Positions 62,810 to 64,000 of a stretch of DNA of 64,000 nt are shown piece after piece. Each line of letters begins with the position of its first letter. Positions within the stretch are counted from its first letter, which is position 1. Source of the stretch: an uncultured Methylomirabilota bacterium. Lineage in GTDB: Bacteria; Methylomirabilota; Methylomirabilia; Methylomirabilales; 2-02-FULL-66-22. The position numbers and the translations under genes were made by a program. The DNA is taken from assembly GCA_963845565.1 (NCBI GenBank), contig CAWJSJ010000002.1:1408001-1472000 (forward strand), in the 5' to 3' direction. The notes below the pieces were generated by a model. The model had not been told where the DNA came from. It worked only from the letters and a program-made list of their open reading frames with translations, and searched no databases.

Positions 62810-64000
62810 ATGGATCGTGCGCGGCTTATCCGTGAGATGGCCCGGCTGGTCGGGCCGGAGTACGTTGTATCCGACCCCGCGGAGCTCAAGGTATACGAGA
62901 CGGACGGCCTGACGATCTTCAAGGCCACGCCGGACGTGGTCGTGCTGCCGGATAGCGCCGCTGCGGTCGCCGAGGTCGTCCGCCTGTGCGTACGGGAGCG
63001 CGTGCCGTTCGTGCCGAGGGGGGCAGGGACGGGCCTCTCCGGTGGCGCGCTGGCTCTCGAGGGCGGCGTCGTGATCGGCCTCAACCGGATGAACCGCGTC
63101 TTGGAGGTGGACTACGCCAATCAGCGGGCGGTCATCGAGCCAGGTCTGGTGAACATCTGGCTCTCCAATCAGGTGATTCCGGACGGCTACTACTACGCGC
63201 CGGACCCCGCCAGCCAGACCGCCTGCAGCGTGGGCGGCAACGTGGCCGAGAATTCGGGCGGGCCCCATTGTCTCAAATACGGAGTCACAACCAACCACGT
63301 TCTTGGGTTGGAGATCGTCCTCCCCTCGGGTGAGATCTTGGAGATCGGCTCCGCCTCCCCGGACCCGCCCGGGTACGACCTCACCGGGATCTTCGTGGGG
63401 TCCGAGGGGACGTTCGGCATCGTGACCAAGATCGTGGTGCGGCTTCTGAAGCGGCCCGAAGCCGTGAGGACCATGATGCTGGTCTTCGAAACCATCGCGG
63501 ACGCCAGCGCCACCGTCTCCGGGATCATCGGCCAGGGGATCATTCCGGCGGCCATCGAGATGATGGACAGCCTGAGCATCCAGGCCGTGGAGAAGGGGAC
63601 CCATGCCGGCTACCCGACGGACGCGGGGTCGGTGCTGCTCGTGGAGCTGGACGGCCCGCGTGCCGAGGTGGAAGCGCTCACCGACCCGGTCATCGCCGTG
63701 GGGCGCGGGAATCGGATGCGTGAAGTGCGTGTCGCCAAGGACGACACCGAACGGGCGCTCCTCTGGAAGGGCCGGAAGGCGGCCTTTGCGGCCATGGGTC
63801 AGATCAGCCCCGCGTATTATGTCCAGGACGGTGTGATCCCGCGGACGCAGCTTCTGAAGATCCTGGGCGAGATCGATGAGCTCGGCCGGAAGTATGGCCT
63901 TCGTGTGGCGAACGTCTTTCATGCCGGGGACGGGAACCTGCATCCGCTCATCCTCTATGACGATCGGGTGGAGGGAGAAATGCAGAGAGCCGAGGCCATG
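62810..64000 (+). CDS. glcD: FAD-linked oxidase, glycolate oxidase GlcD-like (runs off window end)
   Basis: Translated by hand: MDRARLIRE..., PRGAGTGLSGGA, APDPASQ, GGNVAENSGGPHCLKYG, GSEGTFG, FHAGDGNLHP. Confidence 0.9.
   Translation, partial: MDRARLIREMARLVGPEYVVSDPAELKVYETDGLTIFKATPDVVVLPDSAAAVAEVVRLCVRERVPFVPRGAGTGLSGGALALEGGVVIGLNRMNRVLEVDYANQRAVIEPGLVNIWLSNQVIPDGYYYAPDPASQTACSVGGNVAENSGGPHCLKYGVTTNHVLGLEIVLPSGEILEIGSASPDPPGYDLTGIFVGSEGTFGIVTKIVVRLLKRPEAVRTMMLVFETIADASATVSGIIGQGIIPAAIEMMDSLSIQAVEKGTHAGYPTDAGSVLLVELDGPRAEVEALTDPVIAVGRGNRMREVRVAKDDTERALLWKGRKAAFAAMGQISPAYYVQDGVIPRTQLLKILGEIDELGRKYGLRVANVFHAGDGNLHPLILYDDRVEGEMQRAEAM

Overview
High-GC bacterial chromosomal window with mostly housekeeping and catabolic genes. 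It contains the 3' end of an Flx/AsrABC-like Fe-S/NAD(P)H oxidoreductase operon, Tct, TRAP and sugar ABC transporters, a hydantoinase/oxoprolinase pair, uxaB, the conserved phoH-HD-ybeY-era-recO-glyQ-glyS-ppdK cluster, hppA, rpiB, uppS, ndh, thiO, mutT/mutY, pal and the start of glcD. No CRISPR array, integrase or transposase was seen. Several features are missing from the ORF track. (1) Two probable selenoprotein genes, a glutaredoxin-like protein (50250-50486) and a TlpA-like protein (59384-59968); each has an in-frame TGA at the first position of its redox CxxC motif and a SECIS-like hairpin just downstream. (2) A tRNA-Arg with the uncommon bacterial anticodon GCG. (3) A candidate rod-shaped, 6S-like ncRNA of about 187 nt. 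(4) Two families of palindromic MITE-like repeats sitting at stop codons, one with compensatory base changes. Also notable are a cassette of two radical SAM genes with the SPASM/twitch domain N-terminal to the core plus a methyltransferase, two gene remnants, and five frameshifted accessory genes. All calls are by eye; no database searches were run.
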